Positions 51,543 through 61,738 of a stretch of 64,000 nucleotides of DNA are shown one piece after another. The position numbers and the translations under genes were made by a program. Numbering within the stretch: position 1 is the first letter of the stretch; each line of letters opens with the position of its first letter. Origin of the DNA: Candidatus Omnitrophota bacterium (GTDB lineage: Bacteria > Omnitrophota > Gorgyraeia > Zapsychrales > Zapsychraceae); NCBI GenBank assembly GCA_029261065.1, contig JAJDCB010000006.1, forward strand, positions 64,284-128,283, given 5' to 3'. The notes beneath the pieces are model-generated. The model saw only the letters and a list, made by a program, of their open reading frames with translations, was not told the DNA's origin and did not search any database.

Positions 51543-52761
51543 AAGAATCTACACCTTTAGCTGCAACAACACCACTTGCCCATGCCCATTGAAAATTAAA
51601 TCCACCAATGCGTCCATCGACATCAAGAATTTCTCCGCAGAAGAATAATCCGGGTGAATGTTTGGATTCAAGCGTTTTAGAATGAACCTCCTTAAAAGAG
51701 ATTCCTCCAGCCGTAACCTCGGCTTTTCCATAACCTACTGCACCTGTAATCGGCAATTCATACGCTTCTAAAAACGCAATCAACTTCTTACGATTTATCT
51801 TTGCTAATTGTAAAACTGAAATAGAAGACTCTAGATCTAAGTAAGTTAACACCGCCGTACTAAACCTTTGCGGGAAATATTCATTTAAGAAACTTTTTAT
51901 ATTTTTCTTAGGATACTTCACAACAAAAACATCAAGAGCTTCTTGAACACCTTTAAGAAAACACGCATTTAACACAACAGCATGATCTCCTCGCTTCCTA
52001 AGCCAATGACGACTTAAGTCAAGAACGCCTAGACCACTCACTCCAAAATGGGTAAATAGCAGATCCGTTTCTTTCTCTAAATGTTTCTTCCCATCAACGC
52101 GTAACGTTAAAGTCGTCTTGACACTTACACCCATCAAAGACGTCCAAATATTTTTATTCATCCTAAGGGGTGTCAGCGCGGGACTCGTAGCCACCGTTGT
52201 GTGCGCATACTTCTTAGCTATTTTATATCCACTCCCATCACTTCCTGTATTTGGATAAGACAATCCACCCGTTGCAATAATAACACTTTTTGAATCATAC
52301 ATCGTGTTCCCAACATAAACGGCATAACCTAAAGAGCCCTTTGAAATTTTGGTAACTTTATTCTCTGTTTTAAGGATAACCCCGACATCCTTAACCTTCT
52401 TAAGAAGACCTTCAAGAACAGTTTTAGCCCTTTGCGTTTTGGGATAGCACTGACCCTTCTTCTCTTCTATTAACGGCACATCTATTTTCTTAAAAAAAGT
52501 AATCGTTTCTTCAGGGGGAAAAAACCGAAGAATATTACGAACAACCTTGGGGTGTTCGCTGCAATAATCCTTTTCCGTAACAGCACGATTGGTCACATTA
52601 CACCGCGTACCACCAGACATGAGAATCTTAGCGCCTACTTGTTTTTGGCTATCTAAAAGAAGAGTGCTTCGGCCGTATTCTGCCAGCTCAATAGACGCCA
52701 TTAAACCTGCAGCTCCAGCTCCTATAACAATACAATCCCATTGTTTTATGTCTTTATTCAT
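51532..52761 (-). CDS. HI0933/BaiN-family flavoprotein (tandem paralogue)
   Basis: VIGAGAAGLMAS...GGTRCNVTN; 11-bp overlap with the downstream paralogue. Confidence 0.8.
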   Translation of the reverse strand: MNKDIKQWDCIVIGAGAAGLMASIELAEYGRSTLLLDSQKQVGAKILMSGGTRCNVTNRAVTEKDYCSEHPKVVRNILRFFPPEETITFFKKIDVPLIEEKKGQCYPKTQRAKTVLEGLLKKVKDVGVILKTENKVTKISKGSLGYAVYVGNTMYDSKSVIIATGGLSYPNTGSDGSGYKIAKKYAHTTVATSPALTPLRMNKNIWTSLMGVSVKTTLTLRVDGKKHLEKETDLLFTHFGVSGLGVLDLSRHWLRKRGDHAVVLNACFLKGVQEALDVFVVKYPKKNIKSFLNEYFPQRFSTAVLTYLDLESSISVLQLAKINRKKLIAFLEAYELPITGAVGYGKAEVTAGGISFKEVHSKTLESKHSPGLFFCGEILDVDGRIGGFNFQWAWASGVVAAKGVDSYVG

Positions 52762-52908
52762 AGTTTTATCCCATACTAAATGTCAGAATTATAGCACACA
52801 TCTTGAAAGAAGAGGATCTGGGGAAGGAAGACGTTTAAAACTTTTAAAAGCTAACCTTTTTAATTAGTTGCGGGGACCTAGGTAACCTATGCCAAATACG
52901 TGTCAACA

Positions 52909-54102
52909 TTAATCTTTCCTTAATTGAGTTGAAACACCTATCGGTGTTGGTAATTTTAATACAACTATATAACTAGATGCAATAAACGTAAAGATCGTAG
53001 TCAATTGAATCAATTGAGCCGCAGAAGTACTAATATGGCTTAGCTCTACTGCTAATAGAGCAACCAACAATGAAAACTCGCTCAATTGTCCAAGCCTTAT
53101 ACTAGCCTCTCTAGAGAATTCATCATTTTCACCTGACAATATAAATGCCTTTTTCAATACCAACGGTTTAAATACTACAAATACCGTAGCCAGAATTAAA
53201 GCAGGCACAAATATGTCTTTCATTATAAATAAATCCAATTTTGCTCCTAAAGTAAAGAAGAACAACACCAAGAAAAAATCTCTGAGAGGCTTTAAGGATT
53301 CTGAAATAAAAAGCGAAACTTTATGTTCAGCTAGAACTACGCCAGCAAAAAATGCTCCCGTCTCATAAAATAATCCCATACTATGCGAAATACTAGCAAT
53401 TCCAAAACACCACGCTAACCCAAAAACAAATAAAACTTCCTGCAAGCGATCGACTCGAGCCATGACTTTTTTCAAAACAACTAATTGAAACAAAAACAAT
53501 CCAGCAATAAAGAATATGAGTTTAACCGATAATATTGAGAAACTTAGCACACTGCCCTCTTCAGCGCCTAAAGATCTAATAAAAGCCAACACAGCTATAG
53601 CTATTAAATCCTGCAAAATGAGAACACCAATACAAGACGATCCCATCTTTCCCTGATGTAAAGTAGTCGTCGGTAAAAGCTTCACAACCAGGATCGTACT
53701 TGAAAACATCAATGCAAGACCAATACACAAACTATCAATAAGAGAAAATCTAAATAAATAGGCAAATGCAAATGCGATTACAAAAGAAAACAAACAATTA
53801 ATAAAAGTAACAATTGCTGTTTTTTGAAATAATCGAACCAATTCTTTCGGGTTTAAACTTAATCCGGCCAGAAATAGTAAGAGTGTGATACCAAGATGAG
53901 AAATACCATCGATAAAATCAACATTCTTAATCCAACCAAAGCCCCACGGTCCGGCTATAATCCCACAAAGAATATACGCAATAATGATAGGCTGTTTAAG
54001 AAGTACGGCAAAATAGGATAAAATAGCCGCACCTACAAGTAGAACGCTTAAATCTAATATAAAAGAATCCATATGCATAATAATATTCTTCGTTAGTTCC
54101 AA
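52909..54102 (-). CDS. Cation:proton antiporter (CPA family)
   Basis: 397 aa, 11-12 TM helices, Na+/H+ exchanger-like profile. Confidence 0.65.
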   Translation of the reverse strand: MELTKNIIMHMDSFILDLSVLLVGAAILSYFAVLLKQPIIIAYILCGIIAGPWGFGWIKNVDFIDGISHLGITLLLFLAGLSLNPKELVRLFQKTAIVTFINCLFSFVIAFAFAYLFRFSLIDSLCIGLALMFSSTILVVKLLPTTTLHQGKMGSSCIGVLILQDLIAIAVLAFIRSLGAEEGSVLSFSILSVKLIFFIAGLFLFQLVVLKKVMARVDRLQEVLFVFGLAWCFGIASISHSMGLFYETGAFFAGVVLAEHKVSLFISESLKPLRDFFLVLFFFTLGAKLDLFIMKDIFVPALILATVFVVFKPLVLKKAFILSGENDEFSREASIRLGQLSEFSLLVALLAVELSHISTSAAQLIQLTTIFTFIASSYIVVLKLPTPIGVSTQLRKD

Positions 54103-54131
54103 TCCCTTTGTTTAGCTTGTTTACTCATAGA

Positions 54132-54842
54132 TTATACACTCTGCATAAGTTCATTGAAATACCTTGGAAGCCTCACCTTAAACTTCATTTCCTTCTTAGT
54201 GTGTGGATGCGTTATAACAAGAGAAGCCGAATGAAGAGCAAGTCTTCTAATACCCTTTTCTTTAAATCCATATTTTTTATCACCAACAACCGGGCAACCT
54301 TCCTCTGAGCAGTGCACCCGAATTTGGTTCTTTCGACCTGTCAATAATTCAACCTCTAACAAACTATATTTTTCCGTTTTTTTCAATACCGTATAAGCTG
54401 TTTTTGAAAGTTTACCCTCTTCTGGACTCTTTACAGAATACATTTTATGAATACCATTCTCAGCCAAATATGAAGTTATAATGTCTTTCTTTTTAGGCAT
54501 TTGGCCAGAAACAATCACATAATAGGTTTTCTTTGAATTCCCCCACTGATCCTGCAAATAAAGTTTAGCTTTTTCACTCTTTGCAAAAACAACAACACCT
54601 GAGGTATCCCTATCTAATCGATGAACAATAAAAACACGTTTCCGTGATTTTGAATTACCTTTGCGAACATAATTATTCAGTAAATCATATGCCGTATTTC
54701 CCTTCACCCCATCCGTACTAATCGTTAAAAGACTACAACTTTTATTAACAACAATAATATCATGATCTTCATGTAGAATATCAAGCCCTTTAGGCTGAAA
54801 GCGTGGGGGGGGCTTTTTAAAACTTTTAGGTTCACTAGACAT
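54132..54842 (-). CDS. RluA-family pseudouridine synthase
   Basis: Catalytic HRLDRDTSGV motif, ~235 aa. Confidence 0.8.
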   Translation of the reverse strand: MSSEPKSFKKPPPRFQPKGLDILHEDHDIIVVNKSCSLLTISTDGVKGNTAYDLLNNYVRKGNSKSRKRVFIVHRLDRDTSGVVVFAKSEKAKLYLQDQWGNSKKTYYVIVSGQMPKKKDIITSYLAENGIHKMYSVKSPEEGKLSKTAYTVLKKTEKYSLLEVELLTGRKNQIRVHCSEEGCPVVGDKKYGFKEKGIRRLALHSASLVITHPHTKKEMKFKVRLPRYFNELMQSV

Positions 54843-54891
54843 AACGATCTTTGCTCCTTAAACATTACTATTCAATGTTATTGTTTGCGCC

Positions 54892-56367
54892 TTATTTCAA
54901 AAGATTTTTTCCCAAAGAACAAACTTTGTCGATTAATCCATCAACCTCTTTAATCGTCGTACGGGAGTTAATAAAACATGGTCGAATAACTAATTTACCA
55001 TTAACACGCGTTGTCGATGGGACATAAAGGCTTTCTTCTCTTAGTTTTTCCGCTATAGCTTCATTTAATTCATCAAGAGCTGTTTCATCTAAACCAGGGC
55101 TGACATAACGAAAACAACAAATAGACAGCTCTACACAACCTACCTGTTCTAGTCGATCCTTCTGTTGTATCCGCATAGATATATGTCTTGCATAACTATT
55201 GTGTCGAGAAACTCGGTCTCGCATACCCTGCGCCCCAATTTCTTTAAGAATAGCCCAAACCATTACACCTCGTGAAGGTGCTGATTGGGCGACACCGAAC
55301 TCATGATACTGATCACCAAAAGTATCAAACGGAGACCTATGTTCTCCTTGCCCTATAGAACCCTCCAAATATTCAGCGGGTTCAAGCGTTAAGGCTCGTC
55401 CTAAAAGATTTCGATCACAAACAAAAGCGGCCCCACATCCAACAGGTGCCGCCAACCATTTATGTGGATCAACAGCTGCAGAATTTGCCCGCTCAAACCC
55501 TTTATACAAATGCGAAACCTGTGGATCGAGCTTACCAAACAAACCATAAGCTCCATCAACATGCAGCCACGTATTGTATTCTTCTGCAATATCTGCCATG
55601 TCATTAATCGGATCAACAACACCCGTATTAACTGTTCCGGCACTGGCAACAATTGCTATAGGTATAATCCCCTGTTTCTTATCTTCCTTTAAAGTCTTTC
55701 GTAATTCATCCAAATTTATTTTTTGATTTTCACAGACAGAAATAGAGACTACATTTTTACGACCTAATCCAAGTACGCCGACTGCACGAAGAATAACATG
55801 ATGCGCCTCACGACTTGCATAGATCTTCCATTGTTTATCTCCAGGTAATCCATCTTTTGCTGGATCAATTCCAATTTTTTCAAATGCTGATTGTCTTGCC
55901 GCTGCCAAACCAATGATATTAGCAACCGATCCTCCACTCACAAAAATACCTTGCCACTGAGACGGAATACCTAAAAGTTCTTTTAACCACGATAATCCAA
56001 GAGTTTCTAAAAAATTAAAACTCGTATCCCAAACCCGTTGTGAACCAGCGACCATAGATGCAAGTCCAGCTGTTGCTCCCGCTACTGTTGGTGCTGTTGT
56101 AATCCATCCACTAAAACCCGGTGCACCATTGCGCAATCCATTTGGAATAATAACATTATTTAATTCTTCAATAACACAATCAACGCCCTCTCCTTTTTGA
56201 GGCAAGGGCTTATCGAGTATGGCCTTCCATTTATCCTTATTTAAAACCGCTTCATCCTGCCCTTCAAACAAATTAAACTTCTCTAACGCCGGAAGTATTT
56301 TCTTAACACACCCAGATAAATCTTTAATCTGAGCCTTTTCATCAACATCATTTGATTGTGATTCCAT
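54892..56367 (-). CDS. PLP-dependent group II amino-acid decarboxylase
   Basis: 491 aa; fold-type I decarboxylase profile (SGGSVANIIGLAAAR, HVDGAYG with the PLP-lysine region DPHKW). Confidence 0.75.
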   Translation of the reverse strand: MESQSNDVDEKAQIKDLSGCVKKILPALEKFNLFEGQDEAVLNKDKWKAILDKPLPQKGEGVDCVIEELNNVIIPNGLRNGAPGFSGWITTAPTVAGATAGLASMVAGSQRVWDTSFNFLETLGLSWLKELLGIPSQWQGIFVSGGSVANIIGLAAARQSAFEKIGIDPAKDGLPGDKQWKIYASREAHHVILRAVGVLGLGRKNVVSISVCENQKINLDELRKTLKEDKKQGIIPIAIVASAGTVNTGVVDPINDMADIAEEYNTWLHVDGAYGLFGKLDPQVSHLYKGFERANSAAVDPHKWLAAPVGCGAAFVCDRNLLGRALTLEPAEYLEGSIGQGEHRSPFDTFGDQYHEFGVAQSAPSRGVMVWAILKEIGAQGMRDRVSRHNSYARHISMRIQQKDRLEQVGCVELSICCFRYVSPGLDETALDELNEAIAEKLREESLYVPSTTRVNGKLVIRPCFINSRTTIKEVDGLIDKVCSLGKNLLK

Positions 56368-56380
56368 AAACTTCTCCTAA

Positions 56381-57874
56381 TTACCTTGGTTGCATCCATC
56401 CCGGTAAAAACGAATAAGGATCAACCGTACTTAATTCATCAAAGCTAACATTACTATCTCTTAGTTGCCCTTGTAACACCTTACTATTGTAGGAATCAAA
56501 AAGATCGGTACATCCACCAATAAATTTTCCGCCAATAAATATTTGGGGAATAGTTTTGCATCCTGTCTTAGCTGTAAGAGCGGCACGAATGCGACCGCCC
56601 CAATCATCATCTTGATAAGCAACAGAATCTAAATCAATAGAATTATACTCAATACCTAGTTTCTTAAACATTTTTCGAGCTGACCAACAAAACTCACACC
56701 ATTCTAAAGCAAAAAATGCGATAGGCTTACTATTATCACTAATAGCATCTTCAACAAACTTAACCGCCTTTTCGTCTAACTCAACAGGCACCTCTTTCTC
56801 TTTCTTTTCTGGTGGAGCCGGTGGTGGCGCATCAAATCGTGCCGTCGGTGTTGATCGAGAAATTTCAAGCTCTTGTTCTGTCATTTCTTCTGATATCTCA
56901 TAAAATAATGGTGTCGACAAATACCTTTCGCCGGTGTCTGGAAGCATAACCAGAATGTTTGAACCATCAGGTGCATCTTTTGCCACTTCAAGGGCACCGG
57001 CTAATGTTGCTCCAGCAGATACTCCAACAAAAATACCTTCTTTTTGTGCCAAGTCCATCGAACACTGCAAGGCTTTTTTACCCGCAATAGACACAAGTCG
57101 ATCAATCAATTTGCTATTAACTACATCTTCTGTTAATTGCGGAATAAAATCTGGAGACCATCCTTGCATTAAATGTGGCCGAAAACTAGGATGACTTTCT
57201 TCTATGCTTCCATCTGCATTTCTATTTTGTGAAATGCCACTTGCGAGCAACTGTGAATTATCCGGCTCGCAAACAATCACTTTTGTCTTTGGGCTTTTAT
57301 CCTTTAACACACGAGAAACACCTTTAAGCGTTCCGCCCGTTCCAAACCCTGTCACCCAATAATCTAATTGTGTATCTTTAAAATCTTCCAAAAGTTCTTC
57401 TGCTGTTGTACGTGAATGTATATCAGCATTTGCTTCGTTTTCAAACTGTCGTGTCAAATACCAGCCATTCTTTTGAGCCAGTTCAACAGCTTTATCAAGC
57501 ATGCCTTTTCCTTTTAAAAAAGCAGGCGTTAAAACAACTTGAGCGCCAAGAAAACGCATAAGTTTTCGTCTTTCTACGCTAAAACTTTCGGCCATAACAA
57601 TAACAAGAGGATAACCTTTTTGAGCACAAACCATTGCTAAACCAATTCCTGTATTTCCACTTGTTGCCTCAATCACAGTTTGTCCTGGCTTTAGATCCCC
57701 CGATTTCTCAGCGGCTTCAATCACACCTAAAGCTAAACGATCTTTGATCGAGCTCATCGGATTAAATGATTCTAGCTTCACAAAAATATTAACGTTTTGA
57801 GGTGTTAACTTGCTAATTTTAACAACGGGTGTATTCCCAATTGTTTCAAGAATGTTAGAATACCTATGCCCCAT
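56381..57874 (-). CDS. Cysteine synthase (CysK/CysM-type PLP enzyme) fused to a C-terminal glutaredoxin-like domain
   Basis: N-terminal SIKDRLALGVIEAAE...TSGNTGIGLAM; Pro-rich linker; C-terminal CEFC active site and TIPQIFIGGKFIGGCTDL typical of glutaredoxins. Confidence 0.75.
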   Translation of the reverse strand: MGHRYSNILETIGNTPVVKISKLTPQNVNIFVKLESFNPMSSIKDRLALGVIEAAEKSGDLKPGQTVIEATSGNTGIGLAMVCAQKGYPLVIVMAESFSVERRKLMRFLGAQVVLTPAFLKGKGMLDKAVELAQKNGWYLTRQFENEANADIHSRTTAEELLEDFKDTQLDYWVTGFGTGGTLKGVSRVLKDKSPKTKVIVCEPDNSQLLASGISQNRNADGSIEESHPSFRPHLMQGWSPDFIPQLTEDVVNSKLIDRLVSIAGKKALQCSMDLAQKEGIFVGVSAGATLAGALEVAKDAPDGSNILVMLPDTGERYLSTPLFYEISEEMTEQELEISRSTPTARFDAPPPAPPEKKEKEVPVELDEKAVKFVEDAISDNSKPIAFFALEWCEFCWSARKMFKKLGIEYNSIDLDSVAYQDDDWGGRIRAALTAKTGCKTIPQIFIGGKFIGGCTDLFDSYNSKVLQGQLRDSNVSFDELSTVDPYSFLPGWMQPR

Positions 57875-58033
57875 ACCGCCTCCTTATTTTTATGCCAAAA
57901 ATTGTGCAACAATTGTACGTTGCTCTGTGATATTTAAATATAATATAGAAACGGACCCTAGTTTCTTATCAAAATTAGGGTCCGTCGTTAGATATTAGGG
58001 ATTGCATACTTTGTTACTGGGATATTTGCTCCA

Positions 58034-58432
58034 TTAAAAACTCAATGTCGCTGCTCCATTTTTAATCAGTTCATGCATAGGACTAGCACCTGTAATAATA
58101 GCACCTTCAATAAAATCTTCTTGTGTATAGCCTCTAGCACTAACACACGGTTTACATACCCACAAGGCACCCTCACGCTTTAAAAAATCAGCAACCAAAT
58201 CTTTAATCAATTCCAGTGGATGATGTTGCACTTGATTGCATGAATTTTTCCGAACAAGGTCAACTCCATCACCCGTTAAAAATATAGACACCTTAAGACC
58301 AGCCGTAATCCCACCATTGGCAATAGTACATCCAATAGAAGCTTTCTCTTCATGCGGCCCGCTTGAGATAACTACAACTAAATTTCTTTCATCAGCCATT
58401 ATCACTTTCTCCTTTTTCTTGGTACCATTCAC
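58034..58432 (-). CDS. DsrE/DsrF-like family protein (tentative)
   Basis: ~120-aa core with the conserved Cys region WVCKPC; assignment is weak. Confidence 0.35.
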   Translation of the reverse strand: MNGTKKKEKVIMADERNLVVVISSGPHEEKASIGCTIANGGITAGLKVSIFLTGDGVDLVRKNSCNQVQHHPLELIKDLVADFLKREGALWVCKPCVSARGYTQEDFIEGAIITGASPMHELIKNGAATLSF

Positions 58433-58527
58433 TATAAAACTAGTATCTGAAGTTTTATTTGAAAATTATTCTAGCATATAAATTAAAAAAATAGCTGAAA
58501 TAACTGAGGGCACCGGACGGCTAACCC

Positions 58528-58625
58528 TCGAAAGACTAGAAGTGTCAGATCTCATATCTAACTATGAAATAAGGACTTATCTATTATTTCTTACTGTTTT
58601 CTCTTTTTATGCACACACTGGGTAC
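58528..58625 (+). mobile_element. Partial copy of the left half of the MITE-like element at 62789..62999
   Basis: AAGACTAGAAGTGTCAGATCTCATATCTAACTATGAAATAAGGACTTATCTAT aligns with 62785..62840. Confidence 0.65.
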
Positions 58626-58643
58626 CAAAATCAAATTTTAAAA

Positions 58644-59615
58644 TTACAATTTATCCAAATATTTTAAGACCTTATCCATAATTTCATTTAACGAAATTTG
58701 TCCCTGATAATACAAAGCCGACGTTTTTTTATATTCTTTTTCAAAGATTTCTCTTGTTGCTGTGTCTTTCAGCAAAAATGCCTCTTGTTCAAATATTGGA
58801 ACTTCCAAGTCTTTTGCATAAAACCTTTTTTTCTTATGTTTTTTGTATTCTTCTGTACCAATGAATTTCTGAACAATGTCATTATCAAAAAGACACGCAA
58901 CATCATAATAATGCCTTAAAAAATTGGTGGGCATTTCCCCTTCATCTTGAAATTTTCGAAACTTCGCTGCAATCGTTTGTAATTTCTCAACAAATGTATA
59001 TCCTGGATGATAACATTTCACGTTATGCGCTTTATTATCTATGACCTCAACACCCTTTTGTTGAGCAAATTCAAGAGCCCAAGAACTAATCGTTAAAGGA
59101 CTGTTAGGCGTGACATCATCAAAACCAACTTCAAGCAAAACTCCTTCTTTTAATCCGCCTGCTCGAGGAAAGGCATCCTTGTAATAAAGGCCAATCCCTC
59201 CACTTGTATATTTTTCATTATCAAACTCTGTGTTACGAACTATTTTCTCTATTCCGTCAATCTTAATATTTTTCGCAAGCCAATCGTAGTAATTCTTGCG
59301 GCCTTCACAATGCTGTGGTTTAGTATGATTTTTTCCTGTCATAACATTCATATTAGAAGGTGGTTCAATACGAAGATCAATATCTTCGGAAAAACGATGA
59401 ATAATATTACACCCTTTGGAAAGCGATGTCCCACCTTTTAACTCAAACGTAAAACCCCCTTGTTGCAATCCATATAAAACATGCATTATCCAGTAGTCTT
59501 TTTCTATCAGACTACTATCAATGCCTTTTTCATGCTCTACTGTTCGCAAAAGTTGTTTAAATTCAGAATGATTATGCAAATAATCAGGCATGCCTAAAAC
59601 TCCTCTGACATCCAA
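58644..59615 (-). CDS. AbiEii/AbiGii-family nucleotidyltransferase toxin (type IV toxin-antitoxin)
   Basis: N-terminal KDYWIMHVLYGL...FELKGGTSLSKGCNIIHRFSEDIDL matches the AbiEii (DUF1814) nucleotidyltransferase motif. Confidence 0.7.
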   Translation of the reverse strand: MDVRGVLGMPDYLHNHSEFKQLLRTVEHEKGIDSSLIEKDYWIMHVLYGLQQGGFTFELKGGTSLSKGCNIIHRFSEDIDLRIEPPSNMNVMTGKNHTKPQHCEGRKNYYDWLAKNIKIDGIEKIVRNTEFDNEKYTSGGIGLYYKDAFPRAGGLKEGVLLEVGFDDVTPNSPLTISSWALEFAQQKGVEVIDNKAHNVKCYHPGYTFVEKLQTIAAKFRKFQDEGEMPTNFLRHYYDVACLFDNDIVQKFIGTEEYKKHKKKRFYAKDLEVPIFEQEAFLLKDTATREIFEKEYKKTSALYYQGQISLNEIMDKVLKYLDKL

Positions 59616-60175
59616 TGATTAAACTTATTTTTTGTTCTTTCCCCTGCATATGCATTAAAAGCTCTTTTCATTTGTGATTCAGACTCTTGCAAAACTTTTT
59701 CCTTAACATTTTGTAATATATACTCTCTATCTTCAGCCAATTCATTTAAATTATTCAACAAATCAACTAACAAAAACGCTCTTGAAAGTTTTCTAGGAAA
59801 TTTATGCTTTAAATGAAAATCAAACACTTTTCCTCCAAGCATAAATTGACCATGTCGTTTATGATTATAAACAACTCTTTTATTATATAATTGTGTTGTT
59901 CCGACTCCTAAAGAATTATACAAATTAGGTGTCGTCAAAAGAAAGTCATCACTCTTTAAAAAAACACTCACAAGTTTTTCATCTTCAGGTGGTACATTCC
60001 CAAACGATGCCTTCACAGGATAATAGTACAATCCTTGTGCCAACCTTTGCAAAGTTTCCTCTTCTACAAGTTGTTTTAAATGTCTATCTACGGCATTTGA
60101 CCATTTCTCAAGATCACTTCTGCGATAAACTTGTCCTGGTTTCAGATGTTTTTTTAGCCTTTCAAGTGTATTCAT
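59594..60175 (-). CDS. AbiEi-like antitoxin/transcriptional regulator (tentative)
   Basis: ~190 aa; overlaps the AbiEii gene by 22 bp in the canonical antitoxin-toxin order. Confidence 0.5.
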   Translation of the reverse strand: MNTLERLKKHLKPGQVYRRSDLEKWSNAVDRHLKQLVEEETLQRLAQGLYYYPVKASFGNVPPEDEKLVSVFLKSDDFLLTTPNLYNSLGVGTTQLYNKRVVYNHKRHGQFMLGGKVFDFHLKHKFPRKLSRAFLLVDLLNNLNELAEDREYILQNVKEKVLQESESQMKRAFNAYAGERTKNKFNHWMSEEF

Positions 60176-60389
60176 TTTTGCCTCCTCCTACACTACAAGT
60201 ATAAAACCTTTTCCAGTAAATTGCAAGCTTTTTAATTTAAGTTTCATGCAATTATATCAACAACTTATTAGTTCAAACATTGAATTTACCGAACCTATCA
60301 AACCATGAATAATATATAAGTATATGCAATGTAATAAGTTGCGCATATCTATTGTTATGAAGACTAAAAGACCAAAAATTTTTGCGGAA

Positions 60390-60402
60390 GACTAGAAGTG
60401 TC
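60390..60402 (+). repeat. Solo copy of the MITE terminal repeat core GACTAGAAGTGTC (plus a degenerate GAAGACTAAAAGACC just upstream)
   Basis: Exact 13-mer shared with 58534, 61716 (inverted), 62973 and 62987 (inverted). Confidence 0.6.
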
Positions 60403-60424
60403 GTGCCGTTTTCAATTAAATTAT

Positions 60425-61660
60425 TTATGACTTCAAAGCTTGAAAATCAGCTCCTGTTGGATTTTGAAAAACACGTAAATCGAACTCAGGAATAACCGCT
60501 AAGATATGATCAAAAATATCAGCTTGAATGGCTTCATAATTCGCCCAGACTTGGTCATTACTGAAAACGTATATCTCAATTGGTAAACCATGTTCACTCG
60601 GGGCTAAATGTCGAACAAGAAATGTCATCTCCTTATGGATCTTGGGATGGTTGCGCAAATAATTGATAATATAAGCGCGGAGAGTTCCGATATTTGTTAA
60701 ACGCCGACCATTAATCAACTCATCGGCATCTATATCTTTGACTTTATTAAAGTCCGTTATCTCCTTTGTTTTTTCTTTGAGATAATCTTTTAAAAATTCA
60801 AACTTTTCAAACTTCTTTGAAAGATCTTCATCAACAAATTTGATGGAATTCATATCAATATTAAAAGACCGTTTGATCCTGCGTCCACCAGATTCTTGCA
60901 TGCCCCGCCAATTTTTAAATGAATCTGAAATCAAAGCATATGTTGGAATCGTCGTGATTGTTTTATCCCAATTTTTCACCATGACTGTTGTTAAGGTCAT
61001 ATCAATAACATCTCCATCAGCACCATAGTTAGGCATTTCTATCCAATCCCCACGCGCTACCATATTATTGGAAGTCAATTGAATACCCGCGACCAATCCC
61101 AAAATCATATCCTTAAAAATTAACAGTAGGACTGCGGTTAAACCACCAAAAACACTTAAGAATCCCCAAGGCGATTTATTCATTAAAGTGGAAATGACAA
61201 ACAATACTGTTAAGAAGTACACGATTATTTTGACGGCCTGAAGATAGCCTTTAATCGGTCTTTTACGTGAGGAATCAAAGCGTTGATAGATAATTAAGAC
61301 AGCATCCAATATGGCACCAAATACCCAACATGCCACTATAATCATATAGGCATTAGCCAGACGTTTGATCACATCCATAATCGTTGGGGATGCTTCTAAC
61401 CACACTGGAGCTAAAAAATAAATCAAAAACGCGGGGGCAAAATGCGATACATTCTTAAAAACATCCTTCTCAACAAAAACATCATCCCAATCATTTTTCG
61501 TTTTACGAATAAGGGCTCTGACTAAACGTAAAATAGAATTTTTTGCAATAACGTTAACAACCCAACATAAAATCAATAAAACGATGATCTTAATCGCAAC
61601 GATGATCGACCCTACATATTGTTCAGGAATACCGCTCTGAGTTATCCAATTCTGTAACAT
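60425..61660 (-). CDS. MscS-family mechanosensitive channel
   Basis: N-terminal TM helices and the conserved MscS beta-domain (GDWIEM...GDVIDMTLTTVMVKNWDKTITTIPT). Confidence 0.8.
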   Translation of the reverse strand: MLQNWITQSGIPEQYVGSIIVAIKIIVLLILCWVVNVIAKNSILRLVRALIRKTKNDWDDVFVEKDVFKNVSHFAPAFLIYFLAPVWLEASPTIMDVIKRLANAYMIIVACWVFGAILDAVLIIYQRFDSSRKRPIKGYLQAVKIIVYFLTVLFVISTLMNKSPWGFLSVFGGLTAVLLLIFKDMILGLVAGIQLTSNNMVARGDWIEMPNYGADGDVIDMTLTTVMVKNWDKTITTIPTYALISDSFKNWRGMQESGGRRIKRSFNIDMNSIKFVDEDLSKKFEKFEFLKDYLKEKTKEITDFNKVKDIDADELINGRRLTNIGTLRAYIINYLRNHPKIHKEMTFLVRHLAPSEHGLPIEIYVFSNDQVWANYEAIQADIFDHILAVIPEFDLRVFQNPTGADFQALKS

Positions 61661-61715
61661 ATTAAAAGCTCCTTTTAAATGGTTCTGTAAAAGTTTTAAG
61701 AATTCTTATTTTGCT

Positions 61716-61728
61716 GACACTTCTAGTC
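61716..61728 (-). repeat. Solo inverted copy of the MITE terminal repeat core (GACACTTCTAGTC)
   Basis: Reverse complement of GACTAGAAGTGTC; flanks the MscS gene in inverted orientation relative to the copy at 60390. Confidence 0.6.
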
Positions 61729-61738
61729 TTCCTATTAT

